Position numbers and translations under genes: made by a program. Of a DNA stretch of 64,000 bases, positions 1 through 9,889 are shown piece after piece. The stretch lies in IMG/VR virus record IMGVR_UViG_3300027833_000021, positions 51,065 through 115,064 of that record; one strand, written 5' to 3'. Numbering within the stretch: position 1 is the stretch's first letter; every line of letters starts with the position of its first letter. The stretch comes from a virus. Below the pieces are notes generated by a model. The model did not search any database. It saw nothing but the letters and a program-made list of their open reading frames with translations, and was not told the DNA's origin.

Positions 1-1
1 G

Positions 2-1366
2 GGTACTACGATGTATTCATCATTAAGTAATCACACGAATAATCAAACAGCAAACTTGCCAAAAACATTAGAAGATGCAAATTCTTTATCTAGTATGAAT
101 GCACAGTTTGGTGAACAAGGCGACCCATGTGGATTCTTCAATCAAATAATGGGAATATTAAGTGGTATATTTAATGGTACTTTAGATTTTATTGAAACAG
201 GAATTGGTGATATAATTTCTTTGGTAAATGCAACAGGTATTCCAGCAATATTATCAAGTATCCTTTCAGCATTAACATCTGCTGGCGGCATTGTTGCGAC
301 TGGAATTGCAGGAGTAGTTGGATTGATTGCTGGTGGAATAGCAACGATTTTACAACAATTATCACCTCTAGTTGGAAAAATTATTAATGCAATTGGCGAT
401 ATCACTACACAAATCGCTTCAGAGATTGCTTCTCTTGCCGATATGGCTGCCTCTCTTATAAGAAAAGCATTAGCATTACTTATTGGAAGTGCGGCAACTG
501 ACCCTTGTAAACAAAATGTATTGAAAAACACAGGTTCACCTGCCATGCAAGGTGCAATTGCTCAACTAAATCAACCATTAGGACATGGCAATCCTCATAA
601 TATACCAACAACTTTAGATGATAGAGCAAATCCAGATGAAGTGACAAAGAAACTTACAGCGGCAAAAGCCGAAGCATTGTTAAAGGCTGGTGTACCTCAA
701 TCACCATTTACAGATGCGGCAAAAGAATATACTACAAATGATTCTGTATTACATTCTTCAGCAGAAACAACATCTGTCCGTCCAAAATCAAGACCATCGT
801 CTAATACTACATACACAACTACAGGAGAAGCAACATCATCTAGTAGTTTTGATGAAGAATTAATGCCAACAAGAAAAGCCGGCGAAACTATGGACGAATT
901 TATGAAGCGTATTGGTGCAACAAGACAGGCAACAGTTGAAGAAAGAGAATCAGAAGCAATGAAGAGCCGAGAAGTAGTTTCACTACAAGTTCGAGCAATG
1001 GTAAGAGAATGGCAACCAAAACAATTAGACTATACAAGAGATTCAAGGGCATTAATGAGTAAGATGCGTTTTGCTTTGGATACTAAGAATTTTACAAACA
1101 AAACTTCACTAAAGAGTAGGTTGAAACAATTACTTGATATTCAATACGATAACCAAGTAAGAGTAGAAAATTTAACAAATCAATATGCGGAAGCATTCAA
1201 ATACTGGACTGATGGTGGTATACCAAATAAAGTAACAGAAGCAAAACTTAGACTTCAATATAATGCTCGTATCAGACCAGCACAAACTCGTACATATAAT
1301 AATGCAGTTTCTTCTAAAAATGCAGTAGAAACCGAATGGAATAGTATTGACAGTCAGTTGTATTAA
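2..1366 (+). CDS. Hypothetical protein, probably 5'-truncated by the window edge (possible virion protein)
   Basis: Frame is open from base 2. Gly/Ala/Ile-rich amphipathic region, Ser/Thr-rich linker and helical C-terminus; no recognisable motif. Confidence 0.5.
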   Translation, partial: GTTMYSSLSNHTNNQTANLPKTLEDANSLSSMNAQFGEQGDPCGFFNQIMGILSGIFNGTLDFIETGIGDIISLVNATGIPAILSSILSALTSAGGIVATGIAGVVGLIAGGIATILQQLSPLVGKIINAIGDITTQIASEIASLADMAASLIRKALALLIGSAATDPCKQNVLKNTGSPAMQGAIAQLNQPLGHGNPHNIPTTLDDRANPDEVTKKLTAAKAEALLKAGVPQSPFTDAAKEYTTNDSVLHSSAETTSVRPKSRPSSNTTYTTTGEATSSSSFDEELMPTRKAGETMDEFMKRIGATRQATVEERESEAMKSREVVSLQVRAMVREWQPKQLDYTRDSRALMSKMRFALDTKNFTNKTSLKSRLKQLLDIQYDNQVRVENLTNQYAEAFKYWTDGGIPNKVTEAKLRLQYNARIRPAQTRTYNNAVSSKNAVETEWNSIDSQLY

Positions 1367-1402
1367 TGTTATAATATTCAGTAAGATAATCACAAACTTT
1401 AA

Positions 1403-1410
1403 GATAAATA
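1403..1410 (+). promoter_or_regulatory. T4-late-like promoter (GATAAATA)
   Basis: Matches the nATAAATA motif that recurs in intergenic gaps across the window. Confidence 0.55.
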
Positions 1411-1439
1411 CTACAAAGTTGTAATTTTAGGAATATATT

Positions 1440-2153
1440 ATGAGAGTAAATGAAATAATTGGTAGTATTGAAGAAGGTGTCGATGACCCTCATATCTTTA
1501 AAGCAGTGTTTATGGCTGGTGGACCAGGAAGTGGCAAAAGTCGTATCGCAGGTTCGCCTATTCTAAAAGGTGGTGGTCTAAGACCTATCAACTCAGATGA
1601 TGTCTACGAATACAAGATGAAAAAAGCAGGATTAGATTATGGTGACCCAGATGTTATCTATTCTGACCAAGGCCAAGAAATTCGTGGTAAAGCAAAAGAA
1701 GTTACTGCTAAAAGAGAGCAGATGTACTTAGATGGCAGATTAGGTGTTATTATTGACGGAACAGGAAGAGATGTTAATAAGATATCAACATCCGTAGAAA
1801 AACTAACACAAATGGGCTATTCATGTATGATGGTTTTTGTGAATACAAGTTTAGACATTGCACAAGAAAGAAACTTGAATAGAAAAAGAACTCTAAAGCC
1901 AGAAGAAGTCGAAAGAATGTGGAACGAGGTTCAAAACAATATGATGAAGTTTCAACAGTTGTTTGGTAAAGGAAAGTTTCAAATCGTTGACAACAACGGT
2001 GGATTAGAAGACCCAGAAAGAAAGAAAAACTTTGACAAAGTTCAGAAGAATGTTACTGCATTTCTAAATCGACCACCTTCAAATCCTCATGCGAAAAAAT
2101 GGATGCAAAATCAAAGACGATTGAAGAATGCACAAAATCAACAAGAAAAATAG
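1440..2153 (+). CDS. Zeta-toxin/AAA_33-like P-loop kinase
   Basis: AVFMAGGPGSGKS Walker A, INSDD and VIIDGTG motifs. Confidence 0.8.
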   Translation: MRVNEIIGSIEEGVDDPHIFKAVFMAGGPGSGKSRIAGSPILKGGGLRPINSDDVYEYKMKKAGLDYGDPDVIYSDQGQEIRGKAKEVTAKREQMYLDGRLGVIIDGTGRDVNKISTSVEKLTQMGYSCMMVFVNTSLDIAQERNLNRKRTLKPEEVERMWNEVQNNMMKFQQLFGKGKFQIVDNNGGLEDPERKKNFDKVQKNVTAFLNRPPSNPHAKKWMQNQRRLKNAQNQQEK

Positions 2154-2160
2154 GTAAGCG

Positions 2161-3006
2161 ATGGTAATAGTAGATAAGTTGGCTGAATATAGAAAAGATA
2201 TTGACTTAAATTTTATCAAAAAGACACACGTTCATTATTGTACACCCTGTTACGCTGGACAAATTTCAGAACCATATTTTAGGTCATGGACTAAAGGTCA
2301 CATGATGTTCACAAAATATGATATTCCATATACATTAACTACCTCAGCAAATGAGAGTTTAATATCACGTGCAAGATGTCATATGGTTGCATACTTCATG
2401 GCTAATCCAGAAGCAACACATATGATGTTTATCGATGCAGATATTAATTTCGATGCTATGGATATATTGCATATGTTACAACATGATAAAGACATTATTG
2501 TTGGTGCATATCCGAAAAAACAATTAGACTGGGAATCTATTAAAGACGCATCAGAAAGAGGATTAGATATAGGAACACTCAAAGATTGTGCGGCAAATTA
2601 TGCCATAAATCCTGACTGGGATTATAACGAAGAAACTGATACACGCAAATTGCATATCGAAGATGGAGTAGTACGGCTTAAAGATGCCGCAACAGGCTTC
2701 ATGCTTATTAAACGAAGTGTTATAGAAAAAATGGTAGAAGCATATCCTGAAATGCACTTCAATAATGATTTACACTTTGAAGAAGAATTTGCTAAATGGA
2801 CATACCTATTCTTTGATTGTATGCATGAAGAAGGTACAAAGAGATACTTAAGTGAAGACTATGCATTTTGTAGAAGATGGCAAGCATTGGGTGGTGAAGT
2901 TTGGTTAGACCCACTTGTAAAACTAGACCATGTTGGTCATTATACATTTAATGGAAACATTGGCAAAATGTTCTATACTTCTTCTCCAAAGATAGAAGAT
3001 TTATAA
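2161..3006 (+). CDS. GT-A fold glycosyltransferase (phage type)
   Basis: TPCYAG, ESLISRAR, MFIDADI (DxD) and LSEDYAFCRRW motifs. Confidence 0.8.
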   Translation: MVIVDKLAEYRKDIDLNFIKKTHVHYCTPCYAGQISEPYFRSWTKGHMMFTKYDIPYTLTTSANESLISRARCHMVAYFMANPEATHMMFIDADINFDAMDILHMLQHDKDIIVGAYPKKQLDWESIKDASERGLDIGTLKDCAANYAINPDWDYNEETDTRKLHIEDGVVRLKDAATGFMLIKRSVIEKMVEAYPEMHFNNDLHFEEEFAKWTYLFFDCMHEEGTKRYLSEDYAFCRRWQALGGEVWLDPLVKLDHVGHYTFNGNIGKMFYTSSPKIEDL

Positions 3007-3014
3007 TATAAATA
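3007..3014 (+). promoter_or_regulatory. T4-late promoter consensus TATAAATA
   Basis: Exact T4 late consensus, 5 nt upstream of the ATG at 3020. Confidence 0.65.
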
Positions 3015-3019
3015 GTAGC

Positions 3020-3481
3020 ATGAAAGATGCTATACAAAAATGGTTGGATGATTTTGTCACCAAACCTAATCCATTATTAAATGGATTCCCGCCTTGTCCT
3101 TATGCAAGAGCGGCAATTGTTGATTATATTGAGACTAACCATATTCGTTCAGAACTACATGATTTATTAAATAATTGGACAGATGATGTCCAAGTTGTAA
3201 TCGTACACACATCTACAGATAATTACACACCAGAACATCTTTCCCATATAGTTGATGAGTTTAATGAAATAGCAATGAAACAAGATATTGTTGCTTTAGA
3301 AGACCATCCTAATGATGAAGAATTTGTGAATGGTGTACATATGAACTTTGGTGAATGTATCATAGTCTTAGTACAAAGATTGAGTAAAGTAAACGAAGCA
3401 AGTACAATACTTAAGAAAAAAGGATACTATGATACATGGAGTAAAGAAAACTTAGATGATGTCGTCAACTGGAGAGAGTGA
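3020..3481 (+). CDS. DUF1415-like protein
   Basis: W..FV...N...PCPYAR N-terminus, then EDHP and LVQRL motifs. Confidence 0.55.
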   Translation: MKDAIQKWLDDFVTKPNPLLNGFPPCPYARAAIVDYIETNHIRSELHDLLNNWTDDVQVVIVHTSTDNYTPEHLSHIVDEFNEIAMKQDIVALEDHPNDEEFVNGVHMNFGECIIVLVQRLSKVNEASTILKKKGYYDTWSKENLDDVVNWRE

Positions 3482-3960
3482 TGAGTTATTCATATGCGAG
3501 GATTAATTTAGAAAAAACAAACTATAGTAAAATAGATAATTATCAAATACTTCTTAATCCAGTTCCTAAAGAACTAGATGAGATTTACTTTACATATTGT
3601 AGGCATCATAATTTTAGTAGTGTTATGCCTATATTTGATTCTGAATACTATGATAATGATGTTATAGGATATTATGACGGAGATGTACTAGTTGCATTTT
3701 CTCTTATAACAAGATATAATGATGAGAATGCAGAGTGTTTGCAATTCGCATGGGATTATAATAAACCAAAGATGTTTTTAGGTCTTGCAAGTTTAAGAAA
3801 TGAATGTGCTATGTACAAAGAATTAGGTTTTAAATATCTTTATGTTGGTGGTGCAGATGCATATAAAAACAACATGGATGGGTTAGAAATTATGACACCC
3901 GTTTCATGGATAGATAATAGGTGGAGAATAGATGGATTCGAAAAAGTACAAGGTAAATGA
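3481..3960 (+). CDS. Aminoacyl-tRNA-protein transferase (ATE/Bpt) C-terminal-domain-like GNAT protein
   Basis: YYDGDVLVAFS...QFAWDYNKPKMFLGLASLRNECAMYKELGFKYLYVG...YK resembles the ATE_C signature (SLG..S.L.EI...K..G..YLYLG). Confidence 0.65.
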   Translation: MSYSYARINLEKTNYSKIDNYQILLNPVPKELDEIYFTYCRHHNFSSVMPIFDSEYYDNDVIGYYDGDVLVAFSLITRYNDENAECLQFAWDYNKPKMFLGLASLRNECAMYKELGFKYLYVGGADAYKNNMDGLEIMTPVSWIDNRWRIDGFEKVQGK

Positions 3961-5116
3961 AGTAAACGCATGGAATGGATGGGATCCGTTAAAGCAAGTA
4001 GTTCTTGGTAATTGTTTCCCACCTGAGTTCTTCGAGGATGTGAAAGACACAAAACTCAGAGACTTATTACAACGTCTACTATATGAAACAAGAGAAGATT
4101 TACAAAATATTCAAAATACACTTGAGGGTTTAGGGGTAGAAGTAGTTCGTATGCCAGAATATGGCATGACTAATTTTCCTTTAGTGCGACATGAAAGCCC
4201 AAAGACGATAAACGAAGCCGCTGAACTAGGTATGCAAGGTGCATATAGAGACGGTAAAGTTCACGGTTTTCCTAAACCTTGTCTTACTCCACGTGATGAT
4301 ATTATAACTCTTGGTAATAAATGTTTGTTTACTAGTAATCTATTAGACAATGTTATAGAGGATGGTGAGATATTTAATCCTGACCACTTAGATTTGTTTA
4401 GTCAAAAAGAATGGAATTTATACAGACAAGGTAAAGTATTAAAAGGACCATTAAATCCTACACCTCATTTAATAAAAGATGCTACTGAACAAAGAAGATT
4501 TGATGCATCATTCCAGTTTTGGGCACCACTCATACATAGGGTTGGCGACAGACTTGTTGTAGACCAACAAGATTGGGCAAATCTATCTGATGTAATATTG
4601 AAAAGATATCCACAATTCACAGCGGCAAATATTGCAGTTGGTGGACACACAGATGGTTCAATGAATTTACCAAAACCTGGACTTGTTATATGTGGTGATT
4701 GGATGGGACCAGAAGACTTTAAACATACATTGCCTGGATGGGATGTATTGAGAATAGAACATCCAAATCAGACAAAAAGTGAGTTTGGAAGTTGGGCTGA
4801 TGAGAAACATATCACACAGGGAAGATGGTGGACACCAGAAGCAAAATCTAATCCTGAACTTGTAGATTTTGTAGACAATTGGTTAACTAATTGGGTAGGT
4901 TATGCAGAAGAAAGCATATTTGAAGTAAATATGTTATCTGTAAATCCAGAAACGATATTAAGTTTGAACTATCAACCAGAAGTACATAACGCACTGAAAA
5001 AACACGGAATAGAACCAATCTATTGTAGATTTAGACACAGAAACTTTTGGGATGGTGGATTACACTGTTTAACAGTTGATACAGTAAGAGAGGGCGGAAT
5101 ACAGTCATATTTTTAG
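3932..5116 (+). CDS. Amidinotransferase (glycine/inosamine-phosphate amidinotransferase family, pentein fold)
   Basis: VNAWNGWDPLKQVVLG, PRD, HTDG and the C-terminal catalytic GGLHCLT motif. Confidence 0.85.
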   Translation: MDSKKYKVNEVNAWNGWDPLKQVVLGNCFPPEFFEDVKDTKLRDLLQRLLYETREDLQNIQNTLEGLGVEVVRMPEYGMTNFPLVRHESPKTINEAAELGMQGAYRDGKVHGFPKPCLTPRDDIITLGNKCLFTSNLLDNVIEDGEIFNPDHLDLFSQKEWNLYRQGKVLKGPLNPTPHLIKDATEQRRFDASFQFWAPLIHRVGDRLVVDQQDWANLSDVILKRYPQFTAANIAVGGHTDGSMNLPKPGLVICGDWMGPEDFKHTLPGWDVLRIEHPNQTKSEFGSWADEKHITQGRWWTPEAKSNPELVDFVDNWLTNWVGYAEESIFEVNMLSVNPETILSLNYQPEVHNALKKHGIEPIYCRFRHRNFWDGGLHCLTVDTVREGGIQSYF

Positions 5117-5184
5117 TAATTTGCTATTGCATAATGATTAAAAGTGTGTTATACTTATTAGATGATTATTATGGAGAATACTGA

Positions 5185-5445
5185 ATGAGTATGGTTTATT
5201 GTACAAAATATGGCAAAGAATTGCCTGCCCTAACAACTGCACCTTTTCCTGGCGAAGCAGGTGAAAAAATCTTAAATGAAATCTCAGCACAAGCATGGTT
5301 TGAATGGCTTGAGATGCAGACTATGTTTATCAACGAAAATCAATTAAACATGATGGACCCACAGGCTAGAGAGTTTCTAGCAGAACGAAGAGATGAATTT
5401 CTTTTCGAAGGTGGTGATATTATTGAACCGCCAGAGCCTATCTAA
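5185..5445 (+). CDS. yggX: Fe(II)-trafficking / oxidative damage protection protein
   Basis: VYCTKY...PFPGEAGEKILNEISAQAWFEWLEMQTMFINENQLNMMDPQAREFL. Confidence 0.92.
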   Translation: MSMVYCTKYGKELPALTTAPFPGEAGEKILNEISAQAWFEWLEMQTMFINENQLNMMDPQAREFLAERRDEFLFEGGDIIEPPEPI

Positions 5446-5840
5446 TGAAAGAGTTGACTTATCAACTTCATGCGGCAGATGTTCCATTGAATATGCATGG
5501 AAGCGTAACGGGTGCATGGTTGTTTGATGTACTAGATAGAGCGGCACTTGTTTGGATTAATGAAAACATTACCAACAAAATCAAAGGTGTCTCCGTAGCA
5601 ACACATACTGCCGATGTAAAGTATCATCAGAGAGTTTTACAATATGGTTTTGTTTCGGCATATGCTGAATGTATCAGTGTTACTCCTGGTAAGATTACAA
5701 TTGATGTTGATTTATACAATAGAACACAAGATGAAGCGGAAGGCGAATTAGCCGTTTCTGGCACATTAGCATTTAGTATGATAGATAATGCTACTTATAG
5801 ATTAAAAAAAATACCAAGAGAATTCTTAAGTATTAAATAG
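5445..5840 (+). CDS. Hotdog-fold acyl-CoA thioesterase (YciA-like)
   Basis: LNMHGSVTGAWLFDVLDRAA motif and typical size. Confidence 0.75.
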   Translation: MKELTYQLHAADVPLNMHGSVTGAWLFDVLDRAALVWINENITNKIKGVSVATHTADVKYHQRVLQYGFVSAYAECISVTPGKITIDVDLYNRTQDEAEGELAVSGTLAFSMIDNATYRLKKIPREFLSIK

Positions 5841-5848
5841 GAGAATAC

Positions 5849-6751
5849 ATGCAAACAAATGGCAAAGTGCTTGTCACTGGCGGAGCGGGATTTATAGGAA
5901 CTGAATTAGTACAACAGTTACACAATAAAGGTTATGAAATAACCATCTTGGATAAACAAGAAAAACCAATCGGTCTAGACCATGTGAAATATATTCAAGG
6001 TGATTTGTCAAGTCCTGCAAGATGTGTTATGGCATGTGCTGGTCAAGATTATGTTATTCATTTGGCAGCCAAAGCCAGAATACCAGAGAGTTTTATTAAT
6101 CCAGATGCATACTTTGATGCAAATGTAACGGGTACAAGAAACATCTTAACAGCCGCAAGTGCGGTAGGTATTAGAAAATTTGTGTATGCGGGTTCTAGTT
6201 CAGTATATGGAAACAATGTTGCACCTAACAAACCAACTCATAAACCAGACCCACTAAATTATTACGCAATGTCAAAGTTATTTGGCGAACATCTATGTAA
6301 GCAATACAAAATTATGTTTGATTTGAACTATAACATTATGCGTTTCTTTACAGTATACTCTAAAAATCAACCTACTTCTCTTATGTTTGGAAAGTTTGCC
6401 CAACTTGTTAAAGAAGGTAAACCAGTCACTATCCATGGTGATGGAGAAATGAGAAGAGATTACATACATATTTCTGACGTAGCATCAGCACTTATTGCCA
6501 GCATAGAAAGTAAAGTTAAGAACGATACATTCAATGTAGGAACTGGTAACAATATATCAGTTAATGCAGTTGTTGATATATTAAGAGAATATGCACCAGA
6601 ATTAGAAGCAATTAACGTAGAAAAACCAAAAGGATATGCACCAGAAACATTAGCAGATATTAGCAAGACTAAAAATCTACTACAATGGTCTCCAGATACT
6701 TTAATAGTTCCTGGACTAAATGAGATGTTTAAGACTATATTTAAGAAATGA
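5849..6751 (+). CDS. NAD-dependent nucleotide-sugar epimerase/dehydratase
   Basis: TGGAGFIG, HLAA, SSSVYG, YAMSK (YxxxK) and RDYIHISD motifs. Confidence 0.92.
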   Translation: MQTNGKVLVTGGAGFIGTELVQQLHNKGYEITILDKQEKPIGLDHVKYIQGDLSSPARCVMACAGQDYVIHLAAKARIPESFINPDAYFDANVTGTRNILTAASAVGIRKFVYAGSSSVYGNNVAPNKPTHKPDPLNYYAMSKLFGEHLCKQYKIMFDLNYNIMRFFTVYSKNQPTSLMFGKFAQLVKEGKPVTIHGDGEMRRDYIHISDVASALIASIESKVKNDTFNVGTGNNISVNAVVDILREYAPELEAINVEKPKGYAPETLADISKTKNLLQWSPDTLIVPGLNEMFKTIFKK

Positions 6752-7737
6752 TAAGTATTGTACAATTTTCAAGTAAAGCCGGAGCGGCAAGTAATTACAT
6801 TGCTAAACAATGTATGTGGGCAGGAGTCGTAGATAAGAGAATTGACAGAGAACCAAATAAAAAAGTCAATGAATATACTATTCCAAGAACTAAAATAGGA
6901 AATCATTTTGAAAATAGACATGAACTCTGGAAGATGAAATGTGACGATGAAGAACTATTACAAAAGACAAGTGTAATTAAACCAAAATTAATGGAATTAC
7001 ATTACTGGTGCAAAGATAATAAACCTGAAACATTACTGAATTCTGCTAATGCAAAAGAAATAGCACAGCGAATGGAACACAATAGACGACAAGTAATTGA
7101 AAAACTTGATATTATGTGGAAAGACGAATGGTGTATGGCTTATTCTGCTTTTTGGAACTGGGAAGATTGGGGTAGATTATCAGGAAAGTCAGTTGTACTA
7201 TCTGAATATGTACTAGACCTGATAGAAGATGTTCAGCAGTATTTCGTAGATTGCAAATTGTATTATTGGAAAGTTTGTGAACAAAAAGGTTGGAATATTC
7301 TTAGTATTTCACATCAGCATACATACGTAGAAACACCAGGACTTATATTGCCTGATAATTTTGTACACGGATATCTTAGATGCGATATCGCTTCAAGCAA
7401 ATATATAGATACTTTATTAGAAATAAAGCGTGGCGTAACAGTTACATCTGAGTATTTGAATAAAATACTAAGTTCAGATATAGATAAAGACCATGACCCA
7501 ACATGGGGTGTGTCAAAATGGACAGAAGAATTATCACATGAAATATTTGACTATAGAAAGATATTCATAGATAACGATAGCAATGAGATACAGCGGTTGT
7601 ATGACTTCTTTCTTAATTTAGAATACTTTGAAGAACACAAAGAAAGAATTCTACAAGAGTTCTTTGATTATAATGATAAAAATATGAAACTTATGAAATC
7701 ATTAGCATTGCCAATGTATGAAGAAGTGAATAAATAA
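6748..7737 (+). CDS. Hypothetical protein
   Basis: 329-aa ORF overlapping the upstream stop (ATGA). Confidence 0.6.
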   Translation: MISIVQFSSKAGAASNYIAKQCMWAGVVDKRIDREPNKKVNEYTIPRTKIGNHFENRHELWKMKCDDEELLQKTSVIKPKLMELHYWCKDNKPETLLNSANAKEIAQRMEHNRRQVIEKLDIMWKDEWCMAYSAFWNWEDWGRLSGKSVVLSEYVLDLIEDVQQYFVDCKLYYWKVCEQKGWNILSISHQHTYVETPGLILPDNFVHGYLRCDIASSKYIDTLLEIKRGVTVTSEYLNKILSSDIDKDHDPTWGVSKWTEELSHEIFDYRKIFIDNDSNEIQRLYDFFLNLEYFEEHKERILQEFFDYNDKNMKLMKSLALPMYEEVNK

Positions 7738-7769
7738 AATATATAGTTAAGGAATAACAAGGAATTATA

Positions 7770-8198
7770 ATGAAATTAGTAGATAAAACAAATAAGATAT
7801 TAAAGACTGTCTGCGATGAACATATCATTTCAGAACATTCTGAAAAAATGGCATATGATATGATTTTAGTAATGCAAGAGCATGATGCAATTGGACTTGC
7901 CGCACCACAAGTCGGTGAGAATACAGCATTGATGATAATTGGTCATAAAGACAATGGTTATGTTGTTTGTTCAAATCCAACGTGGGAAGAAGCAGAAGAT
8001 AGTGAAGATGAAGAATTCTTAGAAGGATGTGTTAGTTTTCCTGGATTAGAATTAAAAATCACTAGACCTAATAAGATATTGGGTACATTTACAAATTTAG
8101 CAGGAGAAAGAAAAACATCAATGTTCGTAGGAGTATGGGCTCAAGCATTTCAACATGAGTGTGACCATCTAAATGGCATTACATTTGATACTCTATAA
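7770..8198 (+). CDS. def: Peptide deformylase
   Basis: All three Def motifs: IGLAAPQVG, EGCVSFP and QHECDHLNG. Confidence 0.95.
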   Translation: MKLVDKTNKILKTVCDEHIISEHSEKMAYDMILVMQEHDAIGLAAPQVGENTALMIIGHKDNGYVVCSNPTWEEAEDSEDEEFLEGCVSFPGLELKITRPNKILGTFTNLAGERKTSMFVGVWAQAFQHECDHLNGITFDTL

Positions 8199-9121
8199 TG
8201 AATTTTTCTGAATATACATTAATCAGTCTAGGTGATAGTTTTACATTTGGGCAAGATACTATTCCTGACCCAAAACACCTTCCAGGTGAAGATTCTCCAA
8301 CTTTTGGTAGACGATGGAAGAAAGCATGTAATAAACTTTCTTTTACTAACCGTCTTACTGAAAGAATGGAGTTCAAATATAACGTGAACTTTGGAATAAT
8401 GGGTGGGTGTAATGAAAACTCTCTCACAATATTAGAATCATTTTTACGAAGCAATCCAGGTATGAAGATATTTGTGTTGTTTAATTTTACTAGTTCTGGT
8501 AGAATGATGAATTTCTTTCAACTGCCAGGACAGAAAGTGTATCACAAACGAAATGTAGTACCACATCATGCAGTCGAAGTTGACACATTAATAAATTACG
8601 GTATTAATTCAAAAGATGTTGCTGACTATTATACTTTGTGGAATAATTCCATACAAGAGATATACAATCATATAGGATATAGAAGAAGATTACAGCACAT
8701 TTTATCTTTTTATAAAACCCCATACATATCATTTGATATTGCTAATAATACTGACTATCTAATAAATAGAGATAATCCTTTACGATATATAGGACCAAAA
8801 CATCAACACAGTATTGATGGTCATTTCTTTGATGATATGTATGACGATGATAGGTTTAATTTTCCAGAATTTGATTATGTAAAGTCTTACATTGATAATG
8901 TAATAAATGAAGTTCCGCCACTTACTAATCATATAACAATGCGTGATATGAATGGTAGTCGTAACCTTATAGAATACATGGCTCTTAAAGCAATTTCTGA
9001 GGGTAGAAAAAAGGATTACTATTATGCAAAAAGAATTGCTGATGGTGGACATTGGACAGAAGACGGACATCTCGTAGTAACAGATTTACTACAAAAAAAG
9101 ATATATGAGAGATACAATTAG
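8198..9121 (+). CDS. SGNH/GDSL-like hydrolase-fold protein
   Basis: LGDSFTFG, N.G..GGCN and C-terminal DGGHWTEDGH motifs. Confidence 0.6.
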   Translation: MNFSEYTLISLGDSFTFGQDTIPDPKHLPGEDSPTFGRRWKKACNKLSFTNRLTERMEFKYNVNFGIMGGCNENSLTILESFLRSNPGMKIFVLFNFTSSGRMMNFFQLPGQKVYHKRNVVPHHAVEVDTLINYGINSKDVADYYTLWNNSIQEIYNHIGYRRRLQHILSFYKTPYISFDIANNTDYLINRDNPLRYIGPKHQHSIDGHFFDDMYDDDRFNFPEFDYVKSYIDNVINEVPPLTNHITMRDMNGSRNLIEYMALKAISEGRKKDYYYAKRIADGGHWTEDGHLVVTDLLQKKIYERYN

Positions 9122-9134
9122 AAAGGAGTAAAAT

Positions 9135-9293
9135 ATGAAATTCTTAACAAGTAGATTAAAAGAAAAAGCCTCACACGGCGGACTAGGTTTGGTCGCAGTG
9201 GGTTTAGTGATTCTTTTTCTAGGTAGTTGGGTAAATATAGCCGCTTATGCCGCTATTGCCTTCGGTGCATATCAAGTACTAACTAAAGGCTAA
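9135..9293 (+). CDS. Small two-TM membrane protein (52 aa, not in ORF track)
   Basis: AAGGAG RBS; MKFLTSRLKEKASHGGLGLVAVGLVILFLGSWVNIAAYAAIAFGAYQVLTKG. Confidence 0.7.
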   Translation: MKFLTSRLKEKASHGGLGLVAVGLVILFLGSWVNIAAYAAIAFGAYQVLTKG

Positions 9294-9307
9294 AACTCTA
9301 AAAATAG

Positions 9308-9355
9308 TTGACAATTACGCCAGTTTGGGTTATAATATATCTAACTGGCGTAATT
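9308..9355 (+). promoter_or_regulatory. sigma70 promoter overlapped by a 13-bp inverted repeat
   Basis: TTGACA(9308)-17 nt-TATAAT(9331); AATTACGCCAGTT / AACTGGCGTAATT. Confidence 0.8.
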
Positions 9356-9369
9356 TATGGAATAGAGTC

Positions 9370-9522
9370 GTGGCAAAGAAGAAGAGTAAGAAGAAAAAAT
9401 TAAAAATTAATAAAAGAAATCCTGTTGCAAAAGCACTTCGAACTCCTAAATTTAGAAGCCGAGTAGAGATAGATAGAAAAAGAGAGATGAAAAGTACAGG
9501 AAAGTATTTAGATGAGGAATAG
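9370..9522 (+). CDS. Small basic protein resembling alternative ribosome-rescue factor ArfA
   Basis: [17 protein letters not shown] aligns by eye to E. coli ArfA NAIEALLHDPLFRQRVE; GTG start chosen because it lies downstream of the promoter. Confidence 0.5.
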   Translation: MAKKKSKKKKLKINKRNPVAKALRTPKFRSRVEIDRKREMKSTGKYLDEE

Positions 9523-9527
9523 ATGAG

Positions 9528-9872
9528 ATGGCGTATGTAGTAACACAAGATTGTATTAAATGTAAGTACACGGATTGCGTAGAAGTGTGTCCAGTGGATT
9601 GTTTTTACGAGGGCGAAGACTTTCTAGTAATAAACCCAGATGAATGTATTGACTGTGGAGTTTGTGAGCCAGAATGTCCAGCAGATGCTATTATAGCCGA
9701 CAATAATCCATTGTTTACTCAACGTCTTTTGGATATAAACGACAAGATGTCTCAGATATGGCCGGTAATTGTAGAACAGATAGACCCATTGCCAGATGCA
9801 GACAAATATAATCCTAAAAAGGGTTATACAGAAGATAAAACACCATTATTAGATAAGTTTGATAAAGAGTAG
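9528..9872 (+). CDS. fdxA: 7Fe ferredoxin (FdxA/FdI type)
   Basis: [27 protein letters not shown]...[15 protein letters not shown]. Confidence 0.95.
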   Translation: MAYVVTQDCIKCKYTDCVEVCPVDCFYEGEDFLVINPDECIDCGVCEPECPADAIIADNNPLFTQRLLDINDKMSQIWPVIVEQIDPLPDADKYNPKKGYTEDKTPLLDKFDKE

Positions 9873-9889
9873 AGGAATACAATACATTG

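Noticed and set aside
9135-9293. Calling the 52-aa two-TM protein a holin
   Set aside because: No adjacent endolysin or spanin; hydrophobicity alone is not enough.
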